DNA from: Ranitomeya imitator
Lineage: Eukaryota
Reading direction: 5' to 3'
Assembly: GCF_032444005.1 (NCBI RefSeq)
Contig: NC_091289.1
Coordinates: forward strand, 5,394,001 to 5,458,000
Length of the DNA: 64,000 bases
Shown: in pieces, positions 49,893 through 63,067 of the stretch
Numbering within the stretch: the stretch's first letter is position 1
How the letters are laid out: each line of letters begins with the position of its first letter
Notes under the pieces: generated by a model
What the model was told of the DNA's origin: nothing
Database searches by the model: none
The model's input: only the letters and a program-made list of their open reading frames with translations
Position numbers and translations under genes: made by a program

Positions 49893-51545
49893 CAGAGCTG
49901 CATTCACAAGTGTTATGCTCCAGTCACATCCAGAGCTGCATTCACAAGTGTTATGCTCCAGCCACATCCAGAGCTGCATTCACAAGTGTTATACTCCAGC
50001 CACATCCAGAGCTGCATTCACAGGTGTTATACTCCAGCCACATCCAGAGCTGCATTCAAAAGTATTACACTCCAGCCACATCCAGAGCTGCATTCACAAG
50101 TGTTATGCTCCAGCCACATCCAGAGCTGCAATCATAAGTGTTATACTCCAGCCACATCCAGAGCTGCATTCACAAGTGTTATGCTCCAGCCACATCCAGA
50201 GCTGCATTCACAGGTGTTATACTCCAGCCACATCCAGAGCTGCATTCACAAGTGTTATGCTCCAGCCACATCCAGAGCTGCATTCACAGGTGTTATACTC
50301 CAGCCACATCCAGAGCTGCATTCACAAGTGTTATACTCCAGCCACATCCAGAGCTGCATTCACAAGTGTTATATTCCAGCCACATCCAGAGCTGCATTCA
50401 CAAGTGTTATACTCCAGCCACATCCAGAGCTGCATTCACAAATGTTATGCTCCAGCCACATCCAGAGCTGCATTCACAGGTGTTAGGCTGCCGTCACACT
50501 AGCAGTATTTGGTCAGTATTTTACATCAGTATTTGTAGCCAAAACCAGGAGTGGAACAAATAGAGGAAAAGTATAATAGAATCATATGCTCCACTTCTGT
50601 ATTTATCACCCACTGCTGGTTTTGGCTGAGAAATACTGATGTAAAATAGTGACCAAATACTGATCGTGTGACGGCAGCCTTATACTCCAGCCACATCCAG
50701 AGCTGCATTCACAGGTGTTATACTCCAGCCACATCCAGAGCTGCATTCAAAAGTATTATACTCCAGCCACATCCAGAGCTGCATTCACAAGTGTTATGCT
50801 CCAGCCACATCCAGAGCTGCAATCATAAGTGTTATACTCCAGCCACATCCAGAGCTGCATTCACAAGTGTTATGCTCCAGCCACATCCAGAGCTGCATTC
50901 ACAGGTGTTATACTCCAGCCACATCCAGAGCTGCTTTCACAAGTGTTATGCTCCAGCCACATCCAGAGCTGCATTCACAAGTGTTATACTCCAGCCACAT
51001 CCAGAGCTGCATTCACAGGTGTTATACTCTAGCCACATACAGAGCTGCATTCACAAGTGTTATGCTCCAGCCACATCCAGAGCTGCATTCACAAGTGTTA
51101 TACTCCAGCCACATCCAGAGCTGCATTCACAAGTGTTATACTCCAGCCACATCCAGAGCTGCATTCACAGGTGTTACACTCCAGCCACATCCAGAGCTGC
51201 ATTCACAAGTGTTACACTCCAGCCACATCCAGAGCTGCATTCACAGGTGTTATACTCTAGCCACATACAGAGCTGCATTCACAAGTGTTATGCTCCAGCC
51301 ACATCCAGAGCTGCATTCACAAGTGTTATACTCCAGCCACATCCAGAGCTGCATTCACAAGTGTTATACTCCAGCCACATCCAGAGCTGCATTCACAAGT
51401 GTTACACTCCAGCCACATCCAGAGCTGCATTCACAATTCTGCTGTTACAACACGTGTTATTTACTCCAGCCACATCCAGAGCTGCATTCACAATTTTGCT
51501 GTTACAACACGTGTTATTTACTCCAGCCACATCCAGAGCTGCACA
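49893..51545. repeat. 38-bp minisatellite (TTATACTCCAGCCACATCCAGAGCTGCATTCACAAGTG), MGP intron 3, interrupted by a MITE
   Basis: Direct tandem copies; shares TTATACTCCAG and CCAGAGCTGCA(C/T)TCAC with the 86-bp unit. Confidence 0.95.
50486..50679. mobile_element. PIF/Harbinger-type MITE inserted in the 38-bp array
   Basis: TIR GGCTGCCGTCACAC / GTGTGACGGCAGCC; TTA TSD at 50483-50485 and 50680-50682. Confidence 0.9.
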
Positions 51546-51743
51546 CCCTAGTTATTTTCTTCGAGTGATGGAATTGGATTCTAAACTATTTTTCCTCTGT
51601 TGATTTACTCAATGAAATGAGTCAGGAAATAGTATGCAGCTCTGGATGTGACTGGAGTCGAATAGGTCAGTTCTGCAGGGATCTGACCATGAAACGTTGT
51701 GGAGTTGCCCTTTAAGCTGCTCTTGTCATTTCCGTTTCTCCAG

Positions 51744-51882
51744 AGTTCGCGCCAAGAGCCCCTGGGAGCGGCAGCGCGAGACCTGCGAGGAGTACAACCC
51801 CTGCGAGCGCTACGCCATGAGACACGGCTGGGGAGCGGCCTACAAGCGATACTTCGGGCAGCGCGCCGGCGAGAGATACTAG
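51744..51882 (+). CDS. MGP: MGP coding exon 4 (Gla domain, ExxxExCxxxxxC)
   Basis: tttctccag acceptor, VRAKSPWERQRETCEEYNPCERYAMRHGWGAAYKRYFGQRAGERY-TAG. Confidence 0.95.
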
Positions 51883-52064
51883 GAGCCACCGTGCGTTATA
51901 CCGGCTCACACATGGCTGCGCAGTGTCTCTTTAGTTGTTGAGTTTTATTGTCTGCACTTTTCATATATTGTCATAATTCTGGGGGGATCCAGGACGGGGA
52001 CACGATATCCGCACCCGATTCTGCGGCTGTAAAATCGCTTCACTGTGGAAACATAAGTGCGAGA

Positions 52065-52070
52065 AATAAA
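52065..52070 (+). terminator. Probable MGP polyadenylation signal (AATAAA)
   Basis: First AATAAA downstream of the MGP stop, about 180 nt away. Confidence 0.6.
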
Positions 52071-52368
52071 AATCTGCTTTATAAACGGTGTCACCGGTCA
52101 CATGGCGCGAAAACCCGGAATGTGTGAGTCTCCATAGCAACCAGTGTTCATACTGATACAAAGTGACACACAGCCCTGTCCTCATTAACATCCGCATGAG
52201 AGTCAGCGCTCCTCTCCTGAAATCCTCTGTGCTGCTGGGGACCTGCGCCTTCCACTACATACAAGATATAGTGAAAATGCTGCAGAGTCAGAAGCTTCCA
52301 GTAATAGAAGAGTTAACAGTTTATTTTTATTAATTAACAAAATGCAAAGTGATTGAAGAGAAATGTAA

Positions 52369-52847
52369 GGCTGCTTTCACACATCAGGTTTTTTGTTTCA
52401 GGCTAAATCCGACTCTCGGTAGAAAAACCAGAACCGAAAAAAATAAAAAACGGATCCGGTTTTTCCCCCATTGACTTGTATTAGCACCGGATGGCCCAGC
52501 GTTCCTTCTGGTTTGATGCCGGATCCGGCGTACACTCGATTCTGGTGTCTGGAAAAAACCTCTACTGTAACGTTTTTTGTCTCCGGCGAAAAAGCCTAAA
52601 AGGCCGGATCCAGCGCTTCCGGCTGTTTGCTAGAATGGGAGCCGGAAGGTGCCAGATGCAGAAAATGGCGGATCCGGCGGCCTGATCCAATTTTTTAAAC
52701 TGAGCATGCTCCAATTTTTTTTTGAACCAATAATCTAGATAGGCTAGCTGGATCCGTCGCATCAGTTTTTCACAATCTCCGGATCAAGTTTTTCCAACAT
52801 TCGCCGGATTTAGCCTGAAACAAAAAACCTGATGTGTGAAAGTAGCA
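52369..52847. mobile_element. PIF/Harbinger-type MITE downstream of MGP
   Basis: Long TIR GGCTGCTTTCACACATCAGGTTTTTTGTTTCAGGCTAAATCCG and its complement; TAA TSD at 52366-52368 and 52848-52850. Confidence 0.87.
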
Positions 52848-52852
52848 TAAAT

Positions 52853-55800
52853 CTCATCAGTATCTGGTGACCGCCCTTTGCCTCCATCATCAGTATCTGG
52901 TGACCGCCCATCACCTCCATCATCAGTATCTGGTGATCGCCCGTCGCCTCCATCATCAGTATCTAGTGACCGCCCGTCTCCTCCATCATCAGTATCTGGT
53001 GACCGCCCGTCTCCTCCATCATCAGTATCTGGTGACCGCCCGTCACCTCCATCATCAGTATCTGGTGACCGCCCGTCTCCTCCATCATCAGTATCTGGTG
53101 ACCGTCCGTCTCCTCCATCATCAGTATCTGGTGACCGCCCATCACCTCCATCATCAGTATCTGGTGATCGCCCGTCGCCTCCATCATCAGTATCTAGTGA
53201 CCGCCCGTCTCCTCCATCATCAGTATCTGGTGACCGCCCGTCTCCTCCATCATCAGTATCTGGTGACCGCCCGTCACCTCCATCATCAGTATCTGGTGAC
53301 CGCCCGTCACCTCCATCATCAGTATCTGGTGACCGCCTGTCACCTCCATCATCAATATCTGGTGACCGCCCATCTCCTCCATCATCAGTATCTGGTGACC
53401 ACCCATCACCTCCATCATCAGTATCTGGTGACCGCCCGTCTCCTCCATCATCAGTATCTGGTGACCGCCCGTCACCTCCATCATCAGTATCTAGTGACCT
53501 CCCGTCACCTCCATCATCAGTATCTGGTGACCGCCCGTCACCTCCATCATCAGTATCTGGTGACCGCCTGTCTCCTCCGTCATCAGTATCTGGTGACCGC
53601 CCGTCTCCTCCATCATCAGTATCTGGTGACCGCCCGTCACCTCCATCATCAGTATCTGGTGACCGCCTGTCTCCTCCGTCATCAGTATCTGGTGACCGCC
53701 CGTCTCCTCCGTCATCAGTATCTGGTGACCGCCCATCTCCTCCATCATCAGTATCTGGTGACCGCCCGTCGCCTCCATCATCAATATCTAGTGACCGCCC
53801 GTCGCCTCCATCATCAGTATCTGGTGACCGCCCGTCTCCTCCATCATCAGTATCTGGTGACCGCCTGTCTCCTCCGTCATCAGTATCTGGTGACCGCCTG
53901 TCTCCTCCGTCATCAGTATCTGGTGACCGCCCATCTCCTCCATCATCAGTATCTGGTGACCGCCCGTCGCCTCCATCACCAATATCTAGTGACCGCCCGT
54001 CGCCTCCATCATCAGTATCTAGTGACCGCCCGTCTCCTCCATCATCAGTATCTGGTGACCGCCTGTCTCCTCCGTCATCAGTATCTGGTGACCGCCCATC
54101 TCCTCCATCATCAGTATCTGGTGACCGCCCGTCGCCTCCATCATCAATATCTAGTGATCGCCCGTCGCCTCCATCATCAGTATCTAGTGACCGCCCGTCT
54201 CCTCCATCATCAGTATCTGGTGACCGCCCGTCACCTCCATCATCAGTATCTGGTGACCGCCTGTCACCTCCATCATCAGTATCTGGTGACCGCCTGTCAC
54301 CTCCATCATCAATATCTGGTGACCGCCCGTCACCTCCATCATCAGTATCTGGTGACCGCCCGTCTCCATCATCAGTATCTGGTGACCGCCTGTCTCCTCC
54401 GTCATCAGTATCTGGTGACCGCCCATCTCCTCCATCATCAGTATCTGGTGACCGCCCGTCGCCTCCATCATCAATATCTAGTGATCGCCCGTCGCCTCCA
54501 TCATCAGTATCTAGTGACCGCCCGTCTCCTCCATCATCAGTATCTGGTGACCGCCCGTCTCCTCCATCATCAGTATCTGGTGACCGCCCGTCACCTCCAT
54601 CATCAGTATCTGGTGACCGCCCGTCACCTCCATCATCAGTATCTGGTGACCGCCTGTCACCTCCATCATCAATATCTGGTGACCGCCCATCTCCTCCATC
54701 ATCAGTATCTGGTGACCACCCATCACCTCCATCATCAGTATCTGGTGACCGCCCGTCTCCTCCATCATCAGTATCTGGTGACCGCCCGTCACCTCCATCA
54801 TCAGTATCTGGTGACCGCCTGTCTCCTCCGTCATCAGTACCTGGTGACCGCCCATCTCCTCCATCATCAGTATCTGGTGACCGCCCGTCGCCTCCATCAT
54901 CAGTATCTAGTGACCGCCCGTCGCCTCCATCATCAGTATCTGGTGACCGCCCGTCTCCTCCATCATCAGTATCTGGTGACCGCCTGTCTCCTCCGTCATC
55001 AGTATCTGGTGACCGCCCGTCTCCTCTGTCATCAGTATCTGGTGACCGCCCATCTCCTCCATCATCAGTATCTGGTGACCGCCCGTCGCCTCCATCATCA
55101 ATATCTAGTGACCGCCCGTCGCCTCCATCATCAGTATCTGGTGACCGCCCGTCTCCTCCATCATCAGTATCTAGTGACTGCCCGTCTCCTCCATCATTAG
55201 TATCTGGTGACCGCCCGTCACCTCCATCATCAGTATCTGGTGATCGCCCGTCGCCTCCATCATCAGTATCTAGTGACCGCCTGTCTCCTCCATCATTAGT
55301 ATCTAGTGACCGCCCGTCTCCTCCATCATCAGTATCTGGTGACCGCCCGTCACCTCCATCATCAGTATCTGGTGATCGCCCGTCTCCTCCATCATCAGTA
55401 TCTGGTGACCACCCGTCTCCTCCATCATCAGTATCTGGTGACCGCCCGTCTCCTCCATCATCAGTATCTGGTGACCACCCGTCTCCTCCATCATCAGTAT
55501 CTGGTGACCGCCCGTCTCCTCCATCATCAGTATCTGGTGACCACCTGTCTCCTCCATCATCAGTATCTGGTGACCGCCCGTCATCTCCATCATCAGTATC
55601 TGGTGACCGCCCGTCACCTCCATCATCAGTATCTGGTGACCGCCCGTCACCTCCATCATCAGTATCTGGTGACTGCCTTTCCCCTCCATCATCAGTATCT
55701 GGTGACCGCCCGTCTCCTCCATCATCAGTATCTGGTGACTGCCTTTCCCCTCCATCATCAGTATCTGGTGACCGCCCGTCCCCTCCATCATCAATATCTG

Positions 55801-58800
55801 GTGACCGCCCGTCTCCTCCATCATCAGTATCTGGTGACCGCCCGTCACCTCCATCATCAGTATCTGGTGACCGCCCGTCTCCTCCATCATCAGTATCTGG
55901 TGACCGTCCGTCTCCTCCATCATCAGTATCTGGTGACCGCCCATCACCTCCATCATCAGTATCTGGTGATCGCCCGTCGCCTCCATCATCAGTATCTAGT
56001 GACCGCCCGTCTCCTCCATCATCAGTATCTGGTGACCGCCCGTCTCCTCCATCATCAGTATCTGGTGACCGCCCGTCACCTCCATCATCAGTATCTGGTG
56101 ACCGCCCGTCACCTCCATCATCAGTATCTGGTGACCGCCTGTCACCTCCATCATCAATATCTGGTGACCGCCCATCTCCTCCATCATCAGTATCTGGTGA
56201 CCACCCATCACCTCCATCATCAGTATCTGGTGACCGCCCGTCTCCTCCATCATCAGTATCTGGTGACCGCCTGTCTCCTCCGTCATCAGTATCTGGTGAC
56301 CGCCTGTCTCCTCCGTCATCAGTATCTGGTGACCACCCATCACCTCCATCATCAGTATCTGGTGACCGCCCGTCACCTCCATCATCAGTATCTGGTGACC
56401 GCCTGTCTCCTCCGTCATCAGTATCTGGTGACCGCCTGTCTCCTCCGTCATCAGTATCTGGTGACCGCCCATCTCCTCCATCATCAGTATCTGGTGACCG
56501 CCCGTCGCCTCCATCATCAATATCTAGTGACCGCCCGTCGCCTCCATCATCAGTATCTGGTGACCGCCCGTCTCCTCCATCATCAGTATCTGGTGACCGC
56601 CTGTCTCCTCCGTCATCAGTATCTGGTGACCGCCTGTCTCCTCCGTCATCAGTATCTGGTGACCGCCCATCTCCTCCATCATCAGTATCTGGTGACCGCC
56701 CGTCGCCTCCATCACCAATATCTAGTGACCGCCCGTCGCCTCCATCATCAGTATCTGGTGACCGCCTGTCTCCTCCATCATCAGTATCTGGTGACCGCCC
56801 GTCTCCTCCATCATCAGTATCTGGTGACCGCCCGTCTCCTCCATCATCAGTATCTGGTGACCGCCTGTCTCCTCCGTCATCAGTATCTGGTGACCGCCCA
56901 TCTCCTCCATCATCAGTATCTGGTGACCGCCCGTCGCCTCCATCATCAATATCTAGTGATCGCCCGTCGCCTCCATCATCAGTATCTAGTGACCGCCCGT
57001 CTCCTCCATCATCAGTATCTGGTGACCGCCCGTCTCCTCCATCATCAGTATCTGGTGACCGCCCGTCACCTCCATCATCAGTATCTGGTGACCGCCCGTC
57101 ACCTCCATCATCAGTATCTGGTGACCGCCCGTCACCTCCATCATCAATATCTGGTGACCGCCCGTCACCTCCATCATCAGTATCTGGTGACCGCCCGTCT
57201 CCTCCATCATCAGTATCTGGTGACCGCCCGTCGCCTCCATCATCAATATCTAGTGATCGCCCGTCGCCTCCATCATCAGTATCTAGTGACCGCCCGTCTC
57301 CTCCATCATCAGTATCTGGTGACCGCCCGTCTCCTCCATCATCAGTATCTGGTGACCGCCCGTCACCTCCATCATCAGTATCTGGTGACCGCCCGTCACC
57401 TCCATCATCAGTATCTGGTGACCGCCTGTCACCTCCATCATCAATATCTGGTGACCGCCCATCTCCTCCATCATCAGTATCTGGTGACCGCCCATCTCCT
57501 CCATCATCAGTATCTGGTGACCACCCATCACCTCCATCATCAGTATCTGGTGACCGCCCGTCTCCTCCATCATCAGTATCTGGTGACCGCCCGTCACCTC
57601 CATCATCAGTATCTGGTGACCGCCTGTCTCCTCCGTCATCAGTATCTGGTGACCGCCCATCTCCTCCATCATCAGTATCTGGTGACCGCCCGTCGCCTCC
57701 ATCATCAGTATCTAGTGACCGCCCGTCGCCTCCATCATCAGTATCTGGTGACCGCCCGTCTCCTCCATCATCAGTATCTGGTGACCGCCTGTCTCCTCCG
57801 TCATCAGTATCTGGTGACCGCCCGTCTCCTCTGTCATCAGTATCTGGTGACCGCCCATCTCCTCCATCATCAGTATCTGGTGACCGCCCGTCGCCTCCAT
57901 CATCAATATCTAGTGACCGCCCGTCGCCTCCATCATCAGTATCTGGTGACCGCCCGTCTCCTCCATCATCAGTATCTAGTGACTGCCCGTCTCCTCCATC
58001 ATTAGTATCTGGTGACCGCCCGTCACCTCCATCATCAGTATCTGGTGATCGCCCGTCGCCTCCATCATCAGTATCTAGTGACCGCCTGTCTCCTCCATCA
58101 TCAGTATCTAGTGACCGCCCGTCTCCTCCATCATCAGTATCTGGTGACCGCCCGTCACCTCCATCATCAGTATCTGGTGATCGCCCGTCTCCTCCATCAT
58201 CAGTATCTGGTGACCACCCGTCTCCTCCATCATCAGTATCTGGTGACCGCCCGTCTCCTCCATCATCAGTATCTGGTGACCGCCTGTCTCCTCCATCATC
58301 AGTATCTGGTGACCACCCGTCTCCTCCATCATCAGTATCTGGTGACCGCCCGTCTCCTCCATCATCAGTATCTGATGACCACCTGTCTCCTCCATCATCA
58401 GTATCTGGTGACCGCCCGTCACCTCCATCATCAGTATCTGGTGACCGCCCGTCACCTCCATCATCAGTATCTGGTGACCGCCCGTCTCCTCCATCATCAG
58501 TATCTGGTGACTGCCTTTCCCCTCCATCATCAGTATCTGGTGACCGCCCGTCTCCTCCATCATCAGTATCTGGTGACTGCCTTTCCCCTCCATCATCAAT
58601 ATCTGGTGACCGCCCGTCTCCTCCATCATCAGTATCTGGTGACCACCTGTCTCCTCCATCATCAGTATCTGGTGACTGCCTTTCCCCTCCATCATCAGTA
58701 TCTGGTGACCGCCCGTCTCCTCCATCATCAGTATCTGGTGACCGCCCGTCACCTCCATCACCAATATCTGGTGACTGCCCGTCTCCTCCATCATCAGTAT

Positions 58801-60030
58801 CTGGTGACCGCCCGTCTCCTCCATCATCAGTATCTAGTGACTGCCCGTCTCCTCCATCATTAGTATCTGGTGACCGCCCGTCACCTCCATCATCAGTATC
58901 TGGTGATCGCCCGTCGCCTCCATCATCAGTATCTAGTGACCGCCTGTCTCCTCCATCATCAGTATCTAGTGACCGCCCGTCTCCTCCATCATCAGTATCT
59001 GGTGACCGCCCGTCACCTCCATCATCAGTATCTGGTGATCGCCCGTCGCCTCCATCATCAGTATCTAGTGACCGCCTGTCTCCTCCATCATCAGTATCTA
59101 GTGACCGCCCGTCTCCTCCATCATCAGTATCTGGTGACCGCCCGTCACCTCCATCATCAGTATCTGGTGACCACCCGTCTCCTCCATCATCAGTATCTGG
59201 TGACCGCCCGTCTCCTCCATCATCAGTATCTAGTGACCGCCTGTCTCCTCCATCATCAGTATCTAGTGACCGCCTGTCTCCTCCATCATCAGTATCTGGT
59301 GACCACCCGTCTCCTCCATCATCAGTATCTGGTGACCGCCCGTCTCCTCCATCATCAGTATCTGATGACCACCTGTCTCCTCCATCATCAGTATCTGGTG
59401 ACCGCCCGTCACCTCCATCATCAGTATCTGGTGACCGCCCGTCACCTCCATCATCAGTATCTGGTGACCGCCCGTCTCCTCCATCATCAGTATCTGGTGA
59501 CTGCCTTTCCCCTCCATCATCAGTATCTGGTGACCGCCCGTCTCCTCCATCATCAGTATCTGGTGACTGCCTTTCCCCTCCATCATCAATATCTGGTGAC
59601 CGCCCGTCTCCTCCATCATCAGTATCTGGTGACCACCTGTCTCCTCCATCATCAGTATCTGGTGACTGCCTTTCCCCTCCATCATCAGTATCTGGTGACC
59701 GCCCGTCTCCTCCATCATCAGTATCTGGTGACCGCCCGTCACCTCCATCACCAATATCTGGTGACTGCCCGTCTCCTCCATCATCAGTATCTGGTGACCG
59801 CCCTTCACCTCCATCATCAGTATCTGGTGACCGCCCGTCACCTCCATCATCAGTATCTGGTGACCGCCCGTCACCTCCATCATCAGTATCTGGTGACTGC
59901 CCGTCACCTCCATCATCAGTATCTGGTGACTGCCCATCCACTCCATCATTGGTATCTAGTTACCGTCCGTCACCTCCATCATCAGTATCTAGTGACCGCC
60001 CGTCACCTCCATCTTCAGTATCTGGTGATC
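52853..60030. repeat. 33-bp minisatellite (GTGACCGCCCGTCTCCTCCATCATCAGTATCTG), about 217 copies
   Basis: Direct tandem copies; gives the 2419-aa (+) and 2385-aa (-) periodic ORFs. Confidence 0.97.
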
Positions 60031-60369
60031 GCTGTGAGGCAGTGACCCCTGTTACAGCTAGGGGGCGCTGTTTGTGCTCCCCAGAATGCCCAGGGGCGTA
60101 TGAAGGCCATAGGTGTGCATGGCAGTCGCAGGTGTAGCTGTGATTGCAATGTGAGGCAGTGACTCATGTCACAGGTAGGGGGCGCTGTGTGTTCTCCCCA
60201 AGTTGTGCATGCAGAGGATGAAGTCCATAGGTGTGCATGGGAGTCACGGATTTCCGGTCGGGTTTTCCATGTGACTGAAGGCCACAGGTTTGTGTGTGTT
60301 GATGAAAGCCCTGCAGTAAGAGGTATGGGGGTGTCAGGAGTCAGGTGTGTGAGGGGCTCGTCAGTGTCA

Positions 60370-60525
60370 GGCTGCCGTCACACTAGCAGTATTTGGTCAG
60401 TATTTTACATCAGTTTTTGTAGCCAAAACCAGGAGGGGAACAAACAGAGGAAAAGTATAATAGAAACATCTGCACCACTCCTGTATTTATCACCCACTCC
60501 TGGTTTTTGCTTAATCCTGACCAAA
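60370..60525. mobile_element. Truncated second copy of the MITE at 50486-50679
   Basis: GGCTGCCGTCACACTAGCAGTATTTGGTCAGTATTTTACATCAG matches that copy; right TIR absent. Confidence 0.8.
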
Positions 60526-60956
60526 TCCACAACTCTGCTGAAATGCAGCCGCTGACCTGCGGACCCCCAGCTGCCTCGCTGCTCTGCAGACCCTCGTTCT
60601 TGTCTCCAGCCTTTGTTCCAATCTGCTTCAGTCCCAGCCGAATATTCCACGTCCCCATCCGCAGTCCTGCTGACATTATCTGCCCCTTAGTTCCTGGGTT
60701 TTCTGCAGTTGAGTCACTTGCTCCCATGTAGAAGGTTTGGGGTTTTGGACTCAATTCTTCCATGGAGACGACTTCTCCGCACCGTTCTGAGCTGATGGCA
60801 CTGCTGGACATCTCCGTGATGTGTCTCATCTGCTGCACTAAGTCTCCTTCATGGCTCCATCTGAGCACAGGTGACAGACGTGAGGGTCTGGAGACGCCAG
60901 TGGTGAACGCTGAGAGATAGATCATCATGGCTGACCGGCGTGGCTGTGGTCTGCAA

Positions 60957-61200
60957 CGGTGTGGGGAGGTCAGCGACGGTGTGGGGAGGTCAGCGACGGT
61001 GTGGGGAGGTCAGCGACGGTGTGGGGAGGTCAGCGACGGTGTGGGGAGGTCAGCGACGGTGTGGGGAGGACAGCGACGGTGTGGGGAGGTCAGCGACGGT
61101 GTGGGGAGGTCAGCGACGGTGTGGGGAGGACAGCGACGGTGTGGGGAGGACAGCGATGGTGTGGGGAAGTCAGCAACGGTGTGGGGAGGTCAGTGACGGT
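60957..61200. repeat. 20-bp G-rich minisatellite (GTGGGGAGGTCAGCGACGGT), about 12 copies
   Basis: Direct tandem copies. Confidence 0.95.
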
Positions 61201-61425
61201 GGTCAGTAACAGTGTGGGAAGTCGCACAAACCTCCATGACAGCCGGCAGCACAGTATTATTATCCGTGCGTTATATGGCGCTCCGATGTGGGCACAGTAT
61301 GGAGCTGTTTTCTAGGAACTCTGTGCCAGTATTAAAGGGATTTTTCAGTCTCACCATATTGGTGACCTTTCTGAATTGTCACAGTATAGTTCCAATACTC
61401 CCGCATTGTACAGCGGCATTAAATA

Positions 61426-62382
61426 GGCACTATATGGCGGCACTGTATGGCAGGATTGTATGTTGGCACTGTATGACAGCACTATATGGCGGCACAGTAT
61501 GGCAGGATTGTATGTTGGCACTGTATGACAGCACTATATGGAGGCACAGTATGGCAGGATTGTATGTTGGCACTGTATGACAGCACTATATGGCGGTACT
61601 GTATGGCAGGATTGTATGTTGGCACTGTATGACAGCACTATATGGAGGCACAGTATGGCAGGATTGTATGTTGGCACTGTATGGCGGCACTGTATGTTGG
61701 CAATGTATGACAGCACTATATGGCGGCACTGTATGGCAGGATTGTAGAATTGTATGTTGGCACTGTATCGCAGTACTATATGGCAGCACTGTATGACGGC
61801 ACTGTATTGCAGGATTGTATGTTGGCACTATATGGCAGCACTGTATGGCAGGATTGTATGTTGGCACTGTATGGCAGCACTGTATGACGGCACTGTATGG
61901 CAGGATTGTATGTTGGCACTGTATGACAGCACTATATGGAGGCACAGTATGGCAGGATTGTATGTTGGCACTGTATGGCGGCACTGTATGTTTGCAATGT
62001 ATGACAGCACTATATGGCGGCACTGTATGGCAGGATTGTATGTTGGCACTGTATGACAGCACTATATGGCGGCACTGTATGGCAGGATTGTATGTTGGCA
62101 CTGTATGACAGCACTATATGGAGGCACAGTATGGCAGGATTGTAGAATTGTATGTTGGCACTGTATGGCAGGATTGTATGTTGGCACTGTATTGCAGTAC
62201 TATATGGCAGCACTGTATGACGGCACTGTATTGCAGGATTGTATGTTGGCACTATATGGCAGCACTGTATGGCAGGATTGTATGACGGCACTGTATTGCA
62301 GGATTGTATGTTGGCACTGTATGGCAGCACTGTATGACGGCACTGTATTGCAGGATTGTATGTTGGCACTGTATGGCAGCAT
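61426..62382. repeat. 13-bp-based minisatellite with higher-order units (TGTATGGCAGGAT / TGTATGTTGGCAC / TGTATGACAGCAC / TATATGGCGGCAC)
   Basis: Recurring 13-mers in a semi-regular order. Confidence 0.92.
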
Positions 62383-62569
62383 TATGCATTAGGACGGATC
62401 GGACTGACAGCGATGGTTGATATTCTGGAATCCAGTTGGATACTGAGAGCGGCAGGGACCTTGTGACTTTATGAATGCGCCTGATCGGCCACGACATCCA
62501 TAACCCCATCCAAGAATGAGCTGACACCCCAAGAATTTGGCTACGGGAACAAAGAATAAAAGCCGCTAT

Positions 62570-62576
62570 TATATAA
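62570..62576 (+). promoter_or_regulatory. TATA box of the gene downstream of MGP
   Basis: TATATAA 84 nt upstream of an accATG that opens a signal-peptide exon. Confidence 0.65.
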
Positions 62577-62653
62577 GAGGCCATAATACAAAGCAGACAC
62601 CAGATAAGGAGGAAGCAGATCACAGCTGAGCACAGAAAAGTGACACCAACACC

Positions 62654-62714
62654 ATGAAGAAGCTGATGGTCCTCTCCCTGCTGGGGATCATGGCCGGATG
62701 CCTCGCCCTTAAAG
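62654..62714 (+). CDS. First coding exon (signal peptide) of a secreted protein, probably an osteocalcin/MGP-family paralogue; the rest of the gene was not found in the window
   Basis: MKKLMVLSLLGIMAGCLALK plus 1 nt, then G|GTGAGA donor; 61 nt, phase 1, the same layout as MGP exon 1. Family assignment is inference only. Confidence 0.7.
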
Positions 62715-62730
62715 GTGAGAAACACTGATA

Positions 62731-63067
62731 TTAAAGGGAACCTGTCACCTGAATTTGGCGGGACTGGTTTTGGGTCATATGGGCGTGGTTTTGGGGTGTT
62801 TGATTCACCCTTTCCTTACCTGCTGGCTGCATGCTGGCCGCGATATTGGATTGAAGTTCATGCTGTGTCCTCCGTAGTACACGCCTGCGCAAGGCAAGAT
62901 TGCCTTGTGCAGGCATGTACTATGGAAAGACACAGCATGAACTTCAACCCAATATTGTGGCCAGCATGCAGCCAGCAGGTAAGGAAAGGGTGAATCAAAC
63001 ACCCCAAAACTCCGCCCATATGACCAGAAACCTGTCCCGCCAAATTCAGGTGACAGGTTCCCTTTAA
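62731..63067. mobile_element. T2/Kolobok-type palindromic MITE, 16 nt inside the first intron of the downstream gene
   Basis: TTAA-AGGGAACCTGTCACCTGAATTTGGCGGGAC ... and its inverted copy ending CAGGTTCCCT-TTAA; near-perfect foldback. Confidence 0.9.

Noticed and set aside
60957-61200. G-quadruplex potential of the 20-bp and 56-bp arrays as a functional element
   Set aside because: G-runs are expected in such minisatellites, and nothing in the sequence indicates function.
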